DNA of 64,000 bases from Actinomycetes bacterium. GTDB lineage: Bacteria > Actinomycetota > Thermoleophilia > UBA2241. How positions within the stretch are numbered: the stretch's first letter is position 1; each line of letters begins with the position of its first letter. The stretch spans positions 70,432-134,431 of the forward strand of contig JAKPOQ010000004.1 of the NCBI GenBank assembly GCA_029547745.1, written 5' to 3'. The translations under genes and the position numbers were made by a program. The notes under the pieces are model-generated. The model was given only the letters and a program-made list of their open reading frames with translations, was not told where the DNA came from and ran no database searches. Below, in pieces: positions 50,172 through 60,568 of this stretch.

Positions 50172-51167
50172 GTGGCGAGCGACGAGCATGATCGCGGGCG
50201 CGAGCCGGTGACGGGCCTGACGGAGGTGGAAGGGGCGGCGGCCGGCGCCGCCGTCGCGGCGGCGCCGGCCGCCGCCCCCAAGGTCCTCAGCCCGTGGTCC
50301 GACACCTGGCGGCGGCTCAAGAAGAACAAGCTCGCCCTCATCGGGTTGGGCATCATCGCCGTGTTCATCGTCGTGGGGATCGTCCAGGTGATCGCCTACC
50401 CGCTCACGGACGGACGCGGGCTGACGCCCTACGACCCCAACGCCGAGAACTACAGCCTGTCGCCGACCGGCCACGGTTCGTCGCCGAGCCTGTCGCATCC
50501 CATGGGCACCGACTACCTCGGCCGCGACATCCTGTCGCGGGCCCTCGTCGCGACCCGCATCTCGCTGCTCGTCGGCGTCATCGCCGTGGCCATCGGCCTC
50601 ATCATCGGCCTCATCCTGGGCCCGATCTCGGGCTACTACGGCGGGTTCGTCGACACCGTCATCATGCGGCTCGCCGACATCTTCTTCGCCTACCCGTACA
50701 TCCTCTTCGTGCTGCTGATCATGACCGTCCTCGGGCCCGGTTTCGTGAACGTGTTCCTGGCGATCGGCATCTTGGGGTGGGCATCCTTCGCACGCATCGT
50801 GCGCGGCCAGGTGTTGAGCGTGAAGAGCATGGAGTACGTCGAGGCGGCCCGTGCCCAGGGCGCGAGCGACCTGCGCATCATCTTCCGCCATGTGCTGCCG
50901 AACAGCATGGCGCCCGTCTACGTGACGATCGCCATGTCCGTCGGCGGGGCGATCGTCACCGAGGCGGCCATGAGCTTTCTCGGCATCGGCGTGCAACCCC
51001 CGAACGCGAGCTGGGGCAAGATGATCTCCGACTACCTCAACTACCTCTTCGCGGGGAGCTGGTGGATGGTGCTGTTCCCCAGCGTGCTCCTCACCGTCAC
51101 CGTCTTCGGCTTCATCTCGTTCGGCAATGGCCTGCGCGACGCCACCGACCCGAGGCTCAAGGAGTAG
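50172..51167 (+). CDS. peptide ABC permease (OppC/DppC)
   Basis: HPMGTDYLGRD, EYVEAARAQG, RHVLPN, GLRDATDPR. Confidence 0.95.
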   Translation: MASDEHDRGREPVTGLTEVEGAAAGAAVAAAPAAAPKVLSPWSDTWRRLKKNKLALIGLGIIAVFIVVGIVQVIAYPLTDGRGLTPYDPNAENYSLSPTGHGSSPSLSHPMGTDYLGRDILSRALVATRISLLVGVIAVAIGLIIGLILGPISGYYGGFVDTVIMRLADIFFAYPYILFVLLIMTVLGPGFVNVFLAIGILGWASFARIVRGQVLSVKSMEYVEAARAQGASDLRIIFRHVLPNSMAPVYVTIAMSVGGAIVTEAAMSFLGIGVQPPNASWGKMISDYLNYLFAGSWWMVLFPSVLLTVTVFGFISFGNGLRDATDPRLKE

Positions 51168-51169
51168 CA

Positions 51170-52195
51170 GTGGGGGAACGTCTGCTCGAAGTCAAGGACC
51201 TCTCCACCCACTTCTTCACCCATGTCGGAGTGGTCAAGGCCGTGAACGGGGTGAGCTTCACGCTCGACCGCGAAGAGACGATCGGCATCGTCGGTGAGTC
51301 CGGCTCGGGCAAGACCGTGGCCGCCCTGTCGGTGATGCGCCTCGTCCCCGACCCGCCGGGCAAGATCGTCGCCGGCGACGTGAGGCTCGCGGGCCGCGAC
51401 CTGCTCGCCCTGACCGAGGACGAGATGCGCGCGGTGCGGGGCAACGACATCGCGATGATCTTCCAGGACCCGATGACGAGCCTGAACCCGGTGTTCAAGG
51501 TCGGCGACCAGATCGCCGAGGCGATCATGCTGCACCAGGACAAGAAGAAGGACGAGGCTTGGGAGATGGCCGCCGCCCTGCTCGAGCGGGTGGGCATCCC
51601 CGACGCGAAGAAGCGCGTGAACCAGTACCCGTTCGAGTTCTCTGGCGGCATGCGGCAACGCGCCATGATCGCCATGGCGATCAGTTGCAACCCCGACATC
51701 CTCATCGCCGACGAGCCCACGACGGCCCTCGACGTCACGATCCAGGCGCAGATCATGGACGTGATCCGCGAGATGCAGACGCAGTTCCGCTCCGGCGTCA
51801 TCATGATCACGCACGACCTCGGCGTCGTGGCCGAGATCGCCGACAAGGTGATGGTCATGTACGGCGGCCGGACGGTCGAGTACGGACCGGTCGACGCCAT
51901 CTACTACGACCCGCACCACCCGTACACTTGGGGTCTGCTGGGGTCGTTGCCGCGGCTCGACCTCGCCGAGAAGCACCGTCTGCAACCGATCAAGGGACAG
52001 CCGCCGGACCTCCTGCTCCTTCCGCCGGGCTGCCCGTTCGTGGGGCGCTGCGCCTACGAGGTTCCGCGCTGCCGCGGTGAATGGCCGCCCCTCGAGCTCG
52101 TCGGGCCCGACCATGGCGTGCACTGCTGGATCCCCGTCGAGCGGCGCCTCGAGATGCGCGCCGGCCTTCCGCGCTTCAAGGAGTGGGTCGCGTGA
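51170..52195 (+). CDS. peptide ABC ATPase (OppD/DppD)
   Basis: [25 protein letters not shown]-terminal GCPF..RC. Confidence 0.95.
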   Translation: MGERLLEVKDLSTHFFTHVGVVKAVNGVSFTLDREETIGIVGESGSGKTVAALSVMRLVPDPPGKIVAGDVRLAGRDLLALTEDEMRAVRGNDIAMIFQDPMTSLNPVFKVGDQIAEAIMLHQDKKKDEAWEMAAALLERVGIPDAKKRVNQYPFEFSGGMRQRAMIAMAISCNPDILIADEPTTALDVTIQAQIMDVIREMQTQFRSGVIMITHDLGVVAEIADKVMVMYGGRTVEYGPVDAIYYDPHHPYTWGLLGSLPRLDLAEKHRLQPIKGQPPDLLLLPPGCPFVGRCAYEVPRCRGEWPPLELVGPDHGVHCWIPVERRLEMRAGLPRFKEWVA

Positions 52196-53259
52196 GCCTG
52201 CTCGAGGTCAAGAACCTGAAGAAGTACTTTCCGATCAAGACGGGAGTGCTCAAGCGGACCACAGGCCAGGTCTATGCGGTCGACGACGTCAGCTTCTCGG
52301 TCGACAAGGGCGAGACCCTGGGCCTCGTCGGCGAGAGCGGCTGCGGCAAGTCGACGACCGGCCGCACGGTGCTGCGTCTCATCGAGGCGACCGGCGGCAG
52401 CGTCACGTTCGACGGCGTCGACGTCATGGCCGCCTCGCGCGCCGAGGTGCAGAAGCTGCGCCGCGACATGCAGATCATCTTCCAGGACCCGTACGCCTCG
52501 TTGAACCCGCGCAAGCGCGTCAAGCACATCATCGGCGAGCCCCTCGACATCCACGGCATCGGCACCGAGCAGGAACGCAGGCGTCGCGTGTTCGAGCTCA
52601 TGGAGACGGTGGGCCTGAGCGCCGAGCACGCCGAGCGCTACCCGCACGAGTTCTCGGGCGGGCAGCGCCAGCGCATCGGCGTCGCCCGGGCGCTGGCGCT
52701 GCGTCCGCGACTCATCATCTGCGACGAACCGGTCAGCGCCCTCGACGTGTCCATCCGCGCCCAGATCATCAATCTGCTCGAGGACCTCCAGGACGAGCTG
52801 GGGCTCACGTATGTGTTCATCGCCCACGACCTCTCGGTCGTCAAGCATCTCTCGGACCGCGTCGCGGTGATGTACCTCGGCAAGATCGTCGAGATCTCTG
52901 ACAGCGATCTGCTCTACGACCATCCTCAGCATCCGTACACCGAGGCCCTGCTCTCGGCCGTGCCGATCCCCGATCCGGCGACCGAGCGCGCCCGCCGGCG
53001 CATCATCCTCGAGGGCGACGTGCCCAGCCCGGCGAACCCGCCCAAGGGGTGCGTCTTCCATCCGCGCTGTCCGCGGGCCCAGGAGGTCTGCACCTCGGCG
53101 ATGCCGGCGCTCGCCGTCACCGGAGAGGCCGGCGAGCGCCACCAGGTCGCCTGCTACTTCCCGACCCGCTACGAGGGCGGTCGGCGCTCCGTGTCCGAGT
53201 CGTCGTTCGCCGGCGCCCAGCCCGGCGCGGCCGGCCCGGCGGGGGCCGCGGACGCCTGA
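52192..53259 (+). CDS. peptide ABC ATPase (OppF/DppF)
   Basis: [33 protein letters not shown]. Confidence 0.95.
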   Translation: MSLLEVKNLKKYFPIKTGVLKRTTGQVYAVDDVSFSVDKGETLGLVGESGCGKSTTGRTVLRLIEATGGSVTFDGVDVMAASRAEVQKLRRDMQIIFQDPYASLNPRKRVKHIIGEPLDIHGIGTEQERRRRVFELMETVGLSAEHAERYPHEFSGGQRQRIGVARALALRPRLIICDEPVSALDVSIRAQIINLLEDLQDELGLTYVFIAHDLSVVKHLSDRVAVMYLGKIVEISDSDLLYDHPQHPYTEALLSAVPIPDPATERARRRIILEGDVPSPANPPKGCVFHPRCPRAQEVCTSAMPALAVTGEAGERHQVACYFPTRYEGGRRSVSESSFAGAQPGAAGPAGAADA

Positions 53260-53350
53260 GCGCCAGGCCTCGCGCCGGGGCGTCGCCTGTCCGATGGGTG
53301 TGTCTCGTCATCGCCGTCGTCACGAGGGTCGCGTCTGTGAGGGTCGCGCC

Positions 53351-54286
53351 ATGCGTGTCGCGGGTCGCCGCGGGCCGGCTGTCGTTCTCACACTGGTCCT
53401 GCTGGGTCTGTCGGTGTTCGGCCTCGGGGCCTGTGGCGGCTCCGGTAACGCGACCGACACGGGCGACGCCGTCCTCGCGCGTGTCAACGGCGAGTCGGTC
53501 ACGCGCGCGGACGTCGAGGACGTCCGCGCCGAGGCGCGGCTGGCGGGGGACGAGAAGGACGCCGACGCGGCGCTCGAGGACGCCATCGGCCGCGCACTCG
53601 TTCGTCAGGAAGCGGAGCGCCTCGGTGTCGTCGTGAGTCCGGCGGACGTGGATGAGCGGATCGCCGCCGTGACCAGGCGCCTGGGCGGGGAAGAGGCCCT
53701 CGCCCAGGCGCTCGACGACGCGGACATGAGCGCCGAACAGCTTCGTCGCGGCGCTGAGTATGGGCTGCTGCGCGGCCAGGTGCGGGACGCGCGCTTCGGC
53801 GACCTCGGCGTGAGCGACGCCGCGGCGCGCGCGTTCTACCGCCGCAACCTCGACGACCTCTTCACCGAGCCGGCGGCCGTCGACCTCAGCATGATCGTCG
53901 TGCGCACCAAGAGGCTGGGCGAGAAGGTGATCGACGAGCTGGCCGCGGGAGCGTCGTTCGCCCGCGTGGCGAAGACGTACACGCGTGACCCGGCGTCCAG
54001 GGAGACGGGGGGACGGTTGGGCTGGATCGCGTCGGCGTCTCTTCCCGACCCGCTGCGCGTCGCGGTCGAGCGCATGACGAAGGGGGCCGTCACGGGACCC
54101 GTCGAAGGACCGATGGGCTGGTACGTGCTCAAGCTGCACGGGCGGCGCAGCGCCTCGGTCGAGACGTTCGCGGAGGTCGAGAAAGCCGTGCGCGGCGAGC
54201 TCCTCTTGCGCAAGCGGACGCGGGCGCTGGACCGCTGGATCGCGGCCGAACGCAAGCGCGCCGAGGTGGTCCTGAGCTCGCCCTGA
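53351..54286 (+). CDS. PrsA/SurA-like parvulin PPIase lipoprotein
   Basis: Lipobox LGAC; ARVNGESVT; FARVAKTYTRDPASRETGGRLGW; start uncertain. Confidence 0.85.
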   Translation: MRVAGRRGPAVVLTLVLLGLSVFGLGACGGSGNATDTGDAVLARVNGESVTRADVEDVRAEARLAGDEKDADAALEDAIGRALVRQEAERLGVVVSPADVDERIAAVTRRLGGEEALAQALDDADMSAEQLRRGAEYGLLRGQVRDARFGDLGVSDAAARAFYRRNLDDLFTEPAAVDLSMIVVRTKRLGEKVIDELAAGASFARVAKTYTRDPASRETGGRLGWIASASLPDPLRVAVERMTKGAVTGPVEGPMGWYVLKLHGRRSASVETFAEVEKAVRGELLLRKRTRALDRWIAAERKRAEVVLSSP

Positions 54287-54429
54287 GGCGCCGGGCGGCG
54301 CCACGGCCGCCGTGCCGGAGGCAGGGATGGAGGCGGCGCCACGGCCGCCGTGCCGAAGGGCACGGACCCGGGCGCCGCCCTGCTATACTGCCCCGCGACG
54401 CGCGCGGCCCGGCCGCTGCGGACGACCCC

Positions 54430-54825
54430 ATGAAGATCGTGCTGTGGATACTCGGCGTCCTCGCCCTTCTCCTCGTGCTCCTCGGGGCCGTCAATCGCGC
54501 CACGCTCGTCTCGCTCGACTACGTCGTGGGGACCACGGGTCCCGTCTCCCTCTTCTGGGTCGCGCTCGTCGGCGCGGCGGCCGTCCTCGTGGCAGGTCTC
54601 GCTGGATGGGCGGCGGGCGCCGCTCGCGCCGGCGGGGCGCGCGCCAAGCTCGAGCGCGAGCTCGAGGCGACCTATCGGCGGCTGCGTGAGAGCCAGGCGC
54701 GCGCGGCGGCCACGCCTGCCGGCGGGACGGCCGTGGCGGACGCGGACGCTGCGACCGCCGCGGCGCCGAACGCAGTGATGCCGGAGGCGGGGTCGGCGCC
54801 CGGCGGGCGCGACGCGCCGGCTTGA
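54430..54825 (+). CDS. LapA/DUF1049-like small membrane protein
   Basis: TM-N...V.LD-TM-coiled coil pattern; upstream TGcTATACT at 54381-54389. Confidence 0.65.
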   Translation: MKIVLWILGVLALLLVLLGAVNRATLVSLDYVVGTTGPVSLFWVALVGAAAVLVAGLAGWAAGAARAGGARAKLERELEATYRRLRESQARAAATPAGGTAVADADAATAAAPNAVMPEAGSAPGGRDAPA

Positions 54826-54891
54826 CGCCTGCGGGGCGCCGTCCCGCTATCCGTCGCCGCACGGCGATACACTGAGCGCCGTGATGCAGCC

Positions 54892-57558
54892 TTGATCGAC
54901 GACGGTTCCTGGCGCATCGCGCCGGTCGACTACGGCGCCGCCCGGCGGCTGGCCGGCGAGCTCGGCGTGAGCGACACGTTCGCCCAGGTCCTCGTGCGCC
55001 GCGGGTTCGCCCAGCCCGAGGAGGCGTACGCCTTCCTGCACCCTGACGACCTGGTGTCCGACCCCTACCTGGTGCCGGGGGTGTCGGAGGCGCGGCGTCG
55101 TATCGACCGGGCGCTCAAGCGTGGCGAGCCGATCGCCGTGCACGGCGACTACGACACCGACGGCATCACTGCGACCTTCCTCCTCGTGAGCGTCCTCGAA
55201 GAGCTTGGCGCCGATGTGCGCTGGCGCCTCCCGAACCGCTTCACCGAGGGTTACGGCGTGGCCATGAGCACCGTCGAGGAGCTCGCCGCCGAGGGCGTCA
55301 AGCTGCTCGTGACGGTCGACTGCGGCGTCAGCGCCGGCGACGAAGTCGAACGGGCGCACGAATTGGGGATGGACGTCGTGGTCACCGACCACCACGAGAT
55401 CGAGGGCCCCCTGCCCTCGTGCGTCGTCGTCTCGCCGAAGCTCCCGGGGGCGCCGTTCCCCCACCTGGCCGGTGTGGGGGTCGCCTTCAAGCTCACCCAT
55501 GCGCTGCTGCAGGACGAGGGCGCGGCTCGCGTCGAGGTCCCGCTCGCCCTGCGACCGTTCACCGATCTCGTCGCCCTGGGGACGATCGCCGACCTCGTGC
55601 CGCTGGTCGACGAGAACCGGACCTTGGTCAGGATGGGCCTCGGGCGGCTGCGCAGCGCGTCGCGCCCCGGTCTCGCGGCGCTCATGGAGGTCGCGGACGT
55701 AAGGCCCGGCGCGCTCACCGCGGGCGGCGTCGGCTTCCGCCTCGCCCCCCGCCTCAACGCCGCCGGGCGTCTCGAAGACGCGACCATCGCTCTCGAGCTG
55801 CTGGCGTGCGCCGACCGCGAGGCGGCCCTTCCGCTCGCCCTCCGCCTCGACGGCCTCAACCGCGAGCGCCAGGAGATCGAGCGCGGCATCTTCGCCGCCG
55901 CCGTCGCCCAGGTCAGTGAACCCTTGCCCCCCGCGCTCGTCCTCTCGTCTCCCGACTGGCACGAGGGCGTCGTCGGCATCGTCGCCTCCCGGGTGGCCGA
56001 ACGGTTCCACCGCCCCACTATCCTGCTCTGCGAGGACGGCGAGCTCGCCAAGGGGTCGGGCAGGAGCATCGCGGCGTACGACCTGCTCGCCGGCGTCCAC
56101 GCCGCGTCCTCGCACCTCATCGCCTACGGCGGGCACCGCGCGGCGTGCGGACTGCGTCTCGCACGCCGCGCCATCCCCGCCTTCCGCGAGGCCTTCACCG
56201 CCCATGCGGCGGCGACACTGAGCGCAAGCGACCTCGAGCGCACACGCGTCGCCGACGCCCTGGTGTGCGGCGACGAGCTCAACCTTCAGCTCGCCGACGA
56301 GCTTGAGCTGCTCGCGCCGCACGGGACGGGCAACCCGCGCGTCACCCTTGTGCTGCACGGCGCCGAGGTCGTCGCGCCGCGGCTCACCCGCGACCGCCGG
56401 CACCTTCAGTACCGGGTGCGTCGCGACGGCGCGTCGTGCGGCGCCGTGCACTTCAACTTCGACGGCCTGGGCGAGGTCAGCGCGCCCGGTCGCTACGACG
56501 TCGTGCTCGCGCTGGGCAAGAACGCCTACAACGCCAGCGTCACGGCCCAGGTCGAGGTCAAGGCGCTGCATCGCCTGGCCGCCGGCGACGACGACCTCTG
56601 CCCGACGCCCTGCGACACGACGTGTGCGGCGCGTCTGCGCGGCGACGAGCTCTGGCGCAGTCTGCTGGACGGCGCCCAGCTTGAGGTGTGGCGGCCGCGG
56701 GCCGAGGCGGCCGACGCCGTCGACCGCGCACGCCGTGAGGGTCGCCTTCTCGACAAGCGCGGCCGCCCGGCCGTCTCGACCGTCGCCGCCCTCGCGGCCA
56801 CCGGTGAGCGCGTCCTCGTACTGGTCGCCGACGTTGCCCGCCGGCGCCCGTTGCTCACCCGTGACGCCCTGCCTCCGGCCCTCGCCCGGCGCGCCCTGTA
56901 CGTACAGACGGCGTGCGCCCAGCGCCTGCGGCTTGCCGTCGGTGCAGGCGGCGAAAGGGACGGGTGCCCGGTCGCAGGCGTGGGCACGATCGGCGAAGCG
57001 GGCGTCGGGCCAGGCGCGGTCGTGTCGACAGGTCGCGGGGCCGACGGCCCGCCCGACGTGGTCATGGCCGGCGTCGACCTCGCCGCCGCGCATCCCGGGC
57101 TGGTGGGCGCGTTCCGTCACATCGTGTTCGTCGATCCGCCGTTCGGCGCGGCCCTGCACGACGATGTCGTCGCAGCGGCCGCGCCCGACGCCTACATCCA
57201 TGCGCTGTGGGGACCCGCTGACGTACACTTCACGGAGCAGGTGCTGGACGCGGGGTACGACCTCGACGCGACGCTGCGCCGCGTGTGGCGCGCGCTCGCC
57301 GCGGGCGGCGGCCGGTTTGACGACCGGCTCGAGCAGGAACTTCTTGTACAAGGGCCGTTCCTCGCGCCGGTCGCGACCGTGGCCGCCGCCCTGCGCGTGC
57401 TGAGCGCGGCCGGGTTGCTGCGGACGGACGGGGCGGCCTACGAGCTCAAGCGGCCGCTACACAAGGCCGACATGACGACCATCGAGGCGTACCGCGCATG
57501 GCGCAGACGGTTCCACACTCGAGCGTACCTCGCGAGCTGCCTGAGGCGGCGGCGCTAG
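54892..57558 (+). CDS. recJ: ssDNA exonuclease RecJ with long C-terminal extension
   Basis: GDYDTDG, TVDCG, TDHH, GTIAD, PRLNAAGR, GSGRS, GGHRAACG. Confidence 0.93.
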   Translation: MIDDGSWRIAPVDYGAARRLAGELGVSDTFAQVLVRRGFAQPEEAYAFLHPDDLVSDPYLVPGVSEARRRIDRALKRGEPIAVHGDYDTDGITATFLLVSVLEELGADVRWRLPNRFTEGYGVAMSTVEELAAEGVKLLVTVDCGVSAGDEVERAHELGMDVVVTDHHEIEGPLPSCVVVSPKLPGAPFPHLAGVGVAFKLTHALLQDEGAARVEVPLALRPFTDLVALGTIADLVPLVDENRTLVRMGLGRLRSASRPGLAALMEVADVRPGALTAGGVGFRLAPRLNAAGRLEDATIALELLACADREAALPLALRLDGLNRERQEIERGIFAAAVAQVSEPLPPALVLSSPDWHEGVVGIVASRVAERFHRPTILLCEDGELAKGSGRSIAAYDLLAGVHAASSHLIAYGGHRAACGLRLARRAIPAFREAFTAHAAATLSASDLERTRVADALVCGDELNLQLADELELLAPHGTGNPRVTLVLHGAEVVAPRLTRDRRHLQYRVRRDGASCGAVHFNFDGLGEVSAPGRYDVVLALGKNAYNASVTAQVEVKALHRLAAGDDDLCPTPCDTTCAARLRGDELWRSLLDGAQLEVWRPRAEAADAVDRARREGRLLDKRGRPAVSTVAALAATGERVLVLVADVARRRPLLTRDALPPALARRALYVQTACAQRLRLAVGAGGERDGCPVAGVGTIGEAGVGPGAVVSTGRGADGPPDVVMAGVDLAAAHPGLVGAFRHIVFVDPPFGAALHDDVVAAAAPDAYIHALWGPADVHFTEQVLDAGYDLDATLRRVWRALAAGGGRFDDRLEQELLVQGPFLAPVATVAAALRVLSAAGLLRTDGAAYELKRPLHKADMTTIEAYRAWRRRFHTRAYLASCLRRRR

Positions 57559-59747
57559 CGCGCGTCCCCGAGCAGTACCAGCCGCTGCTCGACGAGCTCT
57601 TCGCTGCGATCGAACGCTACGATCCCGACCCCGACCGCGAGCTCATCGTGCGCGCCTTCGCCGCCGCCTGTCTGCTGCACGGCGGTCAGGAGCGTAAGAG
57701 CGGCGAGGCCTACATCCACCATCCTGTCGGCACGGCGCTGAACGCCGCCGAGCTCAACCTCGACTCGGTCACGATCGCCGCGGCGCTCCTGCACGACGTG
57801 GTCGAAGACACGGGCACGCCGATCACGTGGATCGAGGAGCAGTTCGGCGCCGAGATCGCCATGCTGGTCGACGGCGTCACCAAGCTCACCAAGATGCACT
57901 TCACCTCGCAGGAGGAGGAGCAGGCCGAGAACTACCGCAAGATGATCGTCGCGATGTCGACCGACATCCGCGTCATCCTCATCAAGCTCTGCGACCGTCT
58001 CCACAACATGCACACGCTCGGCTACCTGAGCAAGCAGAAGCAGATCCAGAAGGCGAAGGAGACGCTCGAGGTCTACGCGCCCCTGGCGCACCGGCTCGGC
58101 ATCCACAACGTGAAGTGGCAGCTCGAGGACCTCGCCTTCGCGACCCTGCACCCGCGCAAGTACCAGGAGATCCAGAGGTGGGTCTCGCAGCGTCGCGCCG
58201 ACCGCGAGGACTTCGTCGACGAGGCGGCCGAGTTCCTGCGCGTCGAGCTCGAACGCGCCGGGATCGAAGCCGAGATCACCGGTCGCGCCAAGCACTTCTA
58301 CTCCATCTACGTGAAGATGAGCCGGCGCGGCAAGGAGTTCAACGAGATCTTCGACCTGACGGGCCTGCGCGTGCTCGTCGACTCCGTCAAGGACTGCTAC
58401 GGCGCGGTCGGCATCATCCACTCCATCTGGAAGCCGATCCCCGGGCGCTTCAAGGACTACATCGCGATGCCCAAGTTCAACATGTACCAGTCGCTGCACA
58501 CGACGGTGATCGGCCCCGGCGGCAAGCCTCTCGAGATCCAGATCCGCACCTCCGACATGCACCAGACGGCTGAGTTCGGGGTGGCCGCGCACTGGCTCTA
58601 CAAAGAGAAGGGCGAGCGCGACCCCGACAAGCTGGCCTGGTTACACCAGATGATGGAGTGGCAGTCCGAGACCGCCGGCGACGCGCGCGAGTTCATGGAC
58701 ACGCTGAAGATCGACCTCTTCGAGGACGAGGTCTTCGTCTTCACGCCCAAGGGCGACGTCAAGAGTCTCGCCGCGGGCTCGACGCCGATCGACTTCGCCT
58801 ACGCCGTGCACACCGACGTCGGCAACCACACCGTCGGCGCGAAGGTCAACGGCCGCATCGTCCCGCTGCACCACAAGCTGCACTCCGGCGACATCGTCGA
58901 GGTCATCACTTCGAAGTCGTCGCAGGGGCCGTCGCGCGACTGGCTCGACATCGTCGTCACGTCGCGGGCGCGGCAGAAGATCCGCCAGCACTTCCGCCGC
59001 GAGCAGCGCGAAGACTCCGAGCACTCGGGCCGCGAGCTGCTCCAGGACACACTCCGCCGCGACGGGCTGCCGGCGACCAAGATCCTCTCGGCCAAGGTCT
59101 TTTCGCAGATCGCCAGGGAGATGGGGTTCGCCAAGCCCGACGACCTGTTCGCGGCGATCGGCTCGGGCCGGGTGGCCGTAAAGACCGTCGCGACGAAGGT
59201 CATGCAACGCGCCGGGACGATGAGGGAGGCGACGCCCCCGCCCGAGATGCTGCCGCATCGCGAAGAGCAGGGGCGCGAAGAGCCCCAGGCCCTGTCCGGC
59301 GAGTTCGGCATCGTCGTCGAGGGCATGAACGACATCATGGTCCGTATGGCGAAGTGCTGTAAGCCCATCCCGGGCGACGACATCGTCGGCTACATCTCCC
59401 TCGGCAAGGGCGTCACCATCCACCGCAGCGACTGCAAGAACGCGCGCGCCCTCATGAAGAATCCCGAGCGCTTCAGCAAGGTGGCGTGGCAGGGCAGGGG
59501 CGGCATGGCCTTCAGGGTCGAGATCCAGGTCGAGGCTCTCGACCGCAACCACCTGCTCGAGGACGTCGCCCGTACCTTGGGCGATTCCGGCGTGAACATC
59601 ATCTCGGGGCAGGTGCAGACGCTGCCCGACGGCGCCGTGCGCGACCGCTTCACCATCGAGGTGGGCGACGTGCGGCAGCTCGACAACATCCTCGCCAACA
59701 TCCGCGCCATCGACACCGTGTACGACGCCTACCGCATCGTGGCCTGA
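57498..59747 (+). CDS. relA: bifunctional (p)ppGpp synthetase/hydrolase
   Basis: HD hydrolase (LLHDVVED), YQSLHTTV, EIQIRT, TGS, CCKP, ACT; start overlaps recJ and is uncertain. Confidence 0.97.
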   Translation: MAQTVPHSSVPRELPEAAALARVPEQYQPLLDELFAAIERYDPDPDRELIVRAFAAACLLHGGQERKSGEAYIHHPVGTALNAAELNLDSVTIAAALLHDVVEDTGTPITWIEEQFGAEIAMLVDGVTKLTKMHFTSQEEEQAENYRKMIVAMSTDIRVILIKLCDRLHNMHTLGYLSKQKQIQKAKETLEVYAPLAHRLGIHNVKWQLEDLAFATLHPRKYQEIQRWVSQRRADREDFVDEAAEFLRVELERAGIEAEITGRAKHFYSIYVKMSRRGKEFNEIFDLTGLRVLVDSVKDCYGAVGIIHSIWKPIPGRFKDYIAMPKFNMYQSLHTTVIGPGGKPLEIQIRTSDMHQTAEFGVAAHWLYKEKGERDPDKLAWLHQMMEWQSETAGDAREFMDTLKIDLFEDEVFVFTPKGDVKSLAAGSTPIDFAYAVHTDVGNHTVGAKVNGRIVPLHHKLHSGDIVEVITSKSSQGPSRDWLDIVVTSRARQKIRQHFRREQREDSEHSGRELLQDTLRRDGLPATKILSAKVFSQIAREMGFAKPDDLFAAIGSGRVAVKTVATKVMQRAGTMREATPPPEMLPHREEQGREEPQALSGEFGIVVEGMNDIMVRMAKCCKPIPGDDIVGYISLGKGVTIHRSDCKNARALMKNPERFSKVAWQGRGGMAFRVEIQVEALDRNHLLEDVARTLGDSGVNIISGQVQTLPDGAVRDRFTIEVGDVRQLDNILANIRAIDTVYDAYRIVA

Positions 59748-59797
59748 GGCGCGGGGCGGGCCGCCGCAGGGCGGCCCGCCCCGCGCCTCAGGCCACG
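59738..59797. terminator. 28-bp perfect hairpin spanning the relA stop codon
   Basis: Arms 59738-59765 and 59770-59797 are exact reverse complements. Confidence 0.7.
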
Positions 59798-59920
59798 TGC
59801 CGAGGATCGACGCAGGGCCGGCAGCGGCGGTCGACGCTTCGACGGACCGTCTGGTAGGGTAAGCGGCCGAACGCCGTCCTCCAAGATAAGCGCCCGAACG
59901 CCGTCCCCCAAGAGGAAGCC

Positions 59921-60568
59921 ATGTCCGAACCGTTCGACGTCTTCTCGGTCCCGCTCGGCCCGCTCCAGGCGAACTGCTTCATGGTGGTAGGCGCCGACGC
60001 CGGCCTCGTCGTCGACCCCGGCGACGAGGCGCCGATCGTGATCGACGCCTTCGGCGAGCTCGGTTTCGGCCCGTCGGCGATCCTTCTCACCCACGGGCAC
60101 TTCGACCATTTCGGCGCCGTGGCGCCGCTGGCGAGGCACTTCTCGATCCCCGTGTACGTAGGCGCCGACGACGCCGGCCAGATGGCCGACGGCGGCCTCG
60201 ATGCCATGGCGGGCTTCGCCATCGAGCCCTTCAAGGACCCGGTGCTGCTGAGCGGCGAGCAGGCGCTCGACCTGCCGTTCTCGCCGCTCGCCATCCCGAC
60301 GCCGGGCCATTCGCGGGGCTCGTACACCTTCGCCCTCGACGGGCACCTGTTCGTCGGCGACCTCATCTTCTACGGCAGCGTGGGGCGGACCGACCTGCCC
60401 GGCGGCGACATGGACGCGCTGCTCGATTCGGTACGCACGCTGGTGCGCCGCTATCCGGCCGACACGACCGTGCACTGCGGCCACGGGCCGGACACGTCGC
60501 TGGGACGCGAGCTGGCGCTGAACCCGTTCCTGTCGCCGCTGCGGCACGACCCGGGTCACCACTGGTGA
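59921..60568 (+). CDS. MBL-fold metallo-hydrolase (glyoxalase II-like)
   Basis: VVDPG, THGHFDH, TPGHS, GDLIF, GRTDLPGG, GHGP. Confidence 0.93.
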   Translation: MSEPFDVFSVPLGPLQANCFMVVGADAGLVVDPGDEAPIVIDAFGELGFGPSAILLTHGHFDHFGAVAPLARHFSIPVYVGADDAGQMADGGLDAMAGFAIEPFKDPVLLSGEQALDLPFSPLAIPTPGHSRGSYTFALDGHLFVGDLIFYGSVGRTDLPGGDMDALLDSVRTLVRRYPADTTVHCGHGPDTSLGRELALNPFLSPLRHDPGHHW

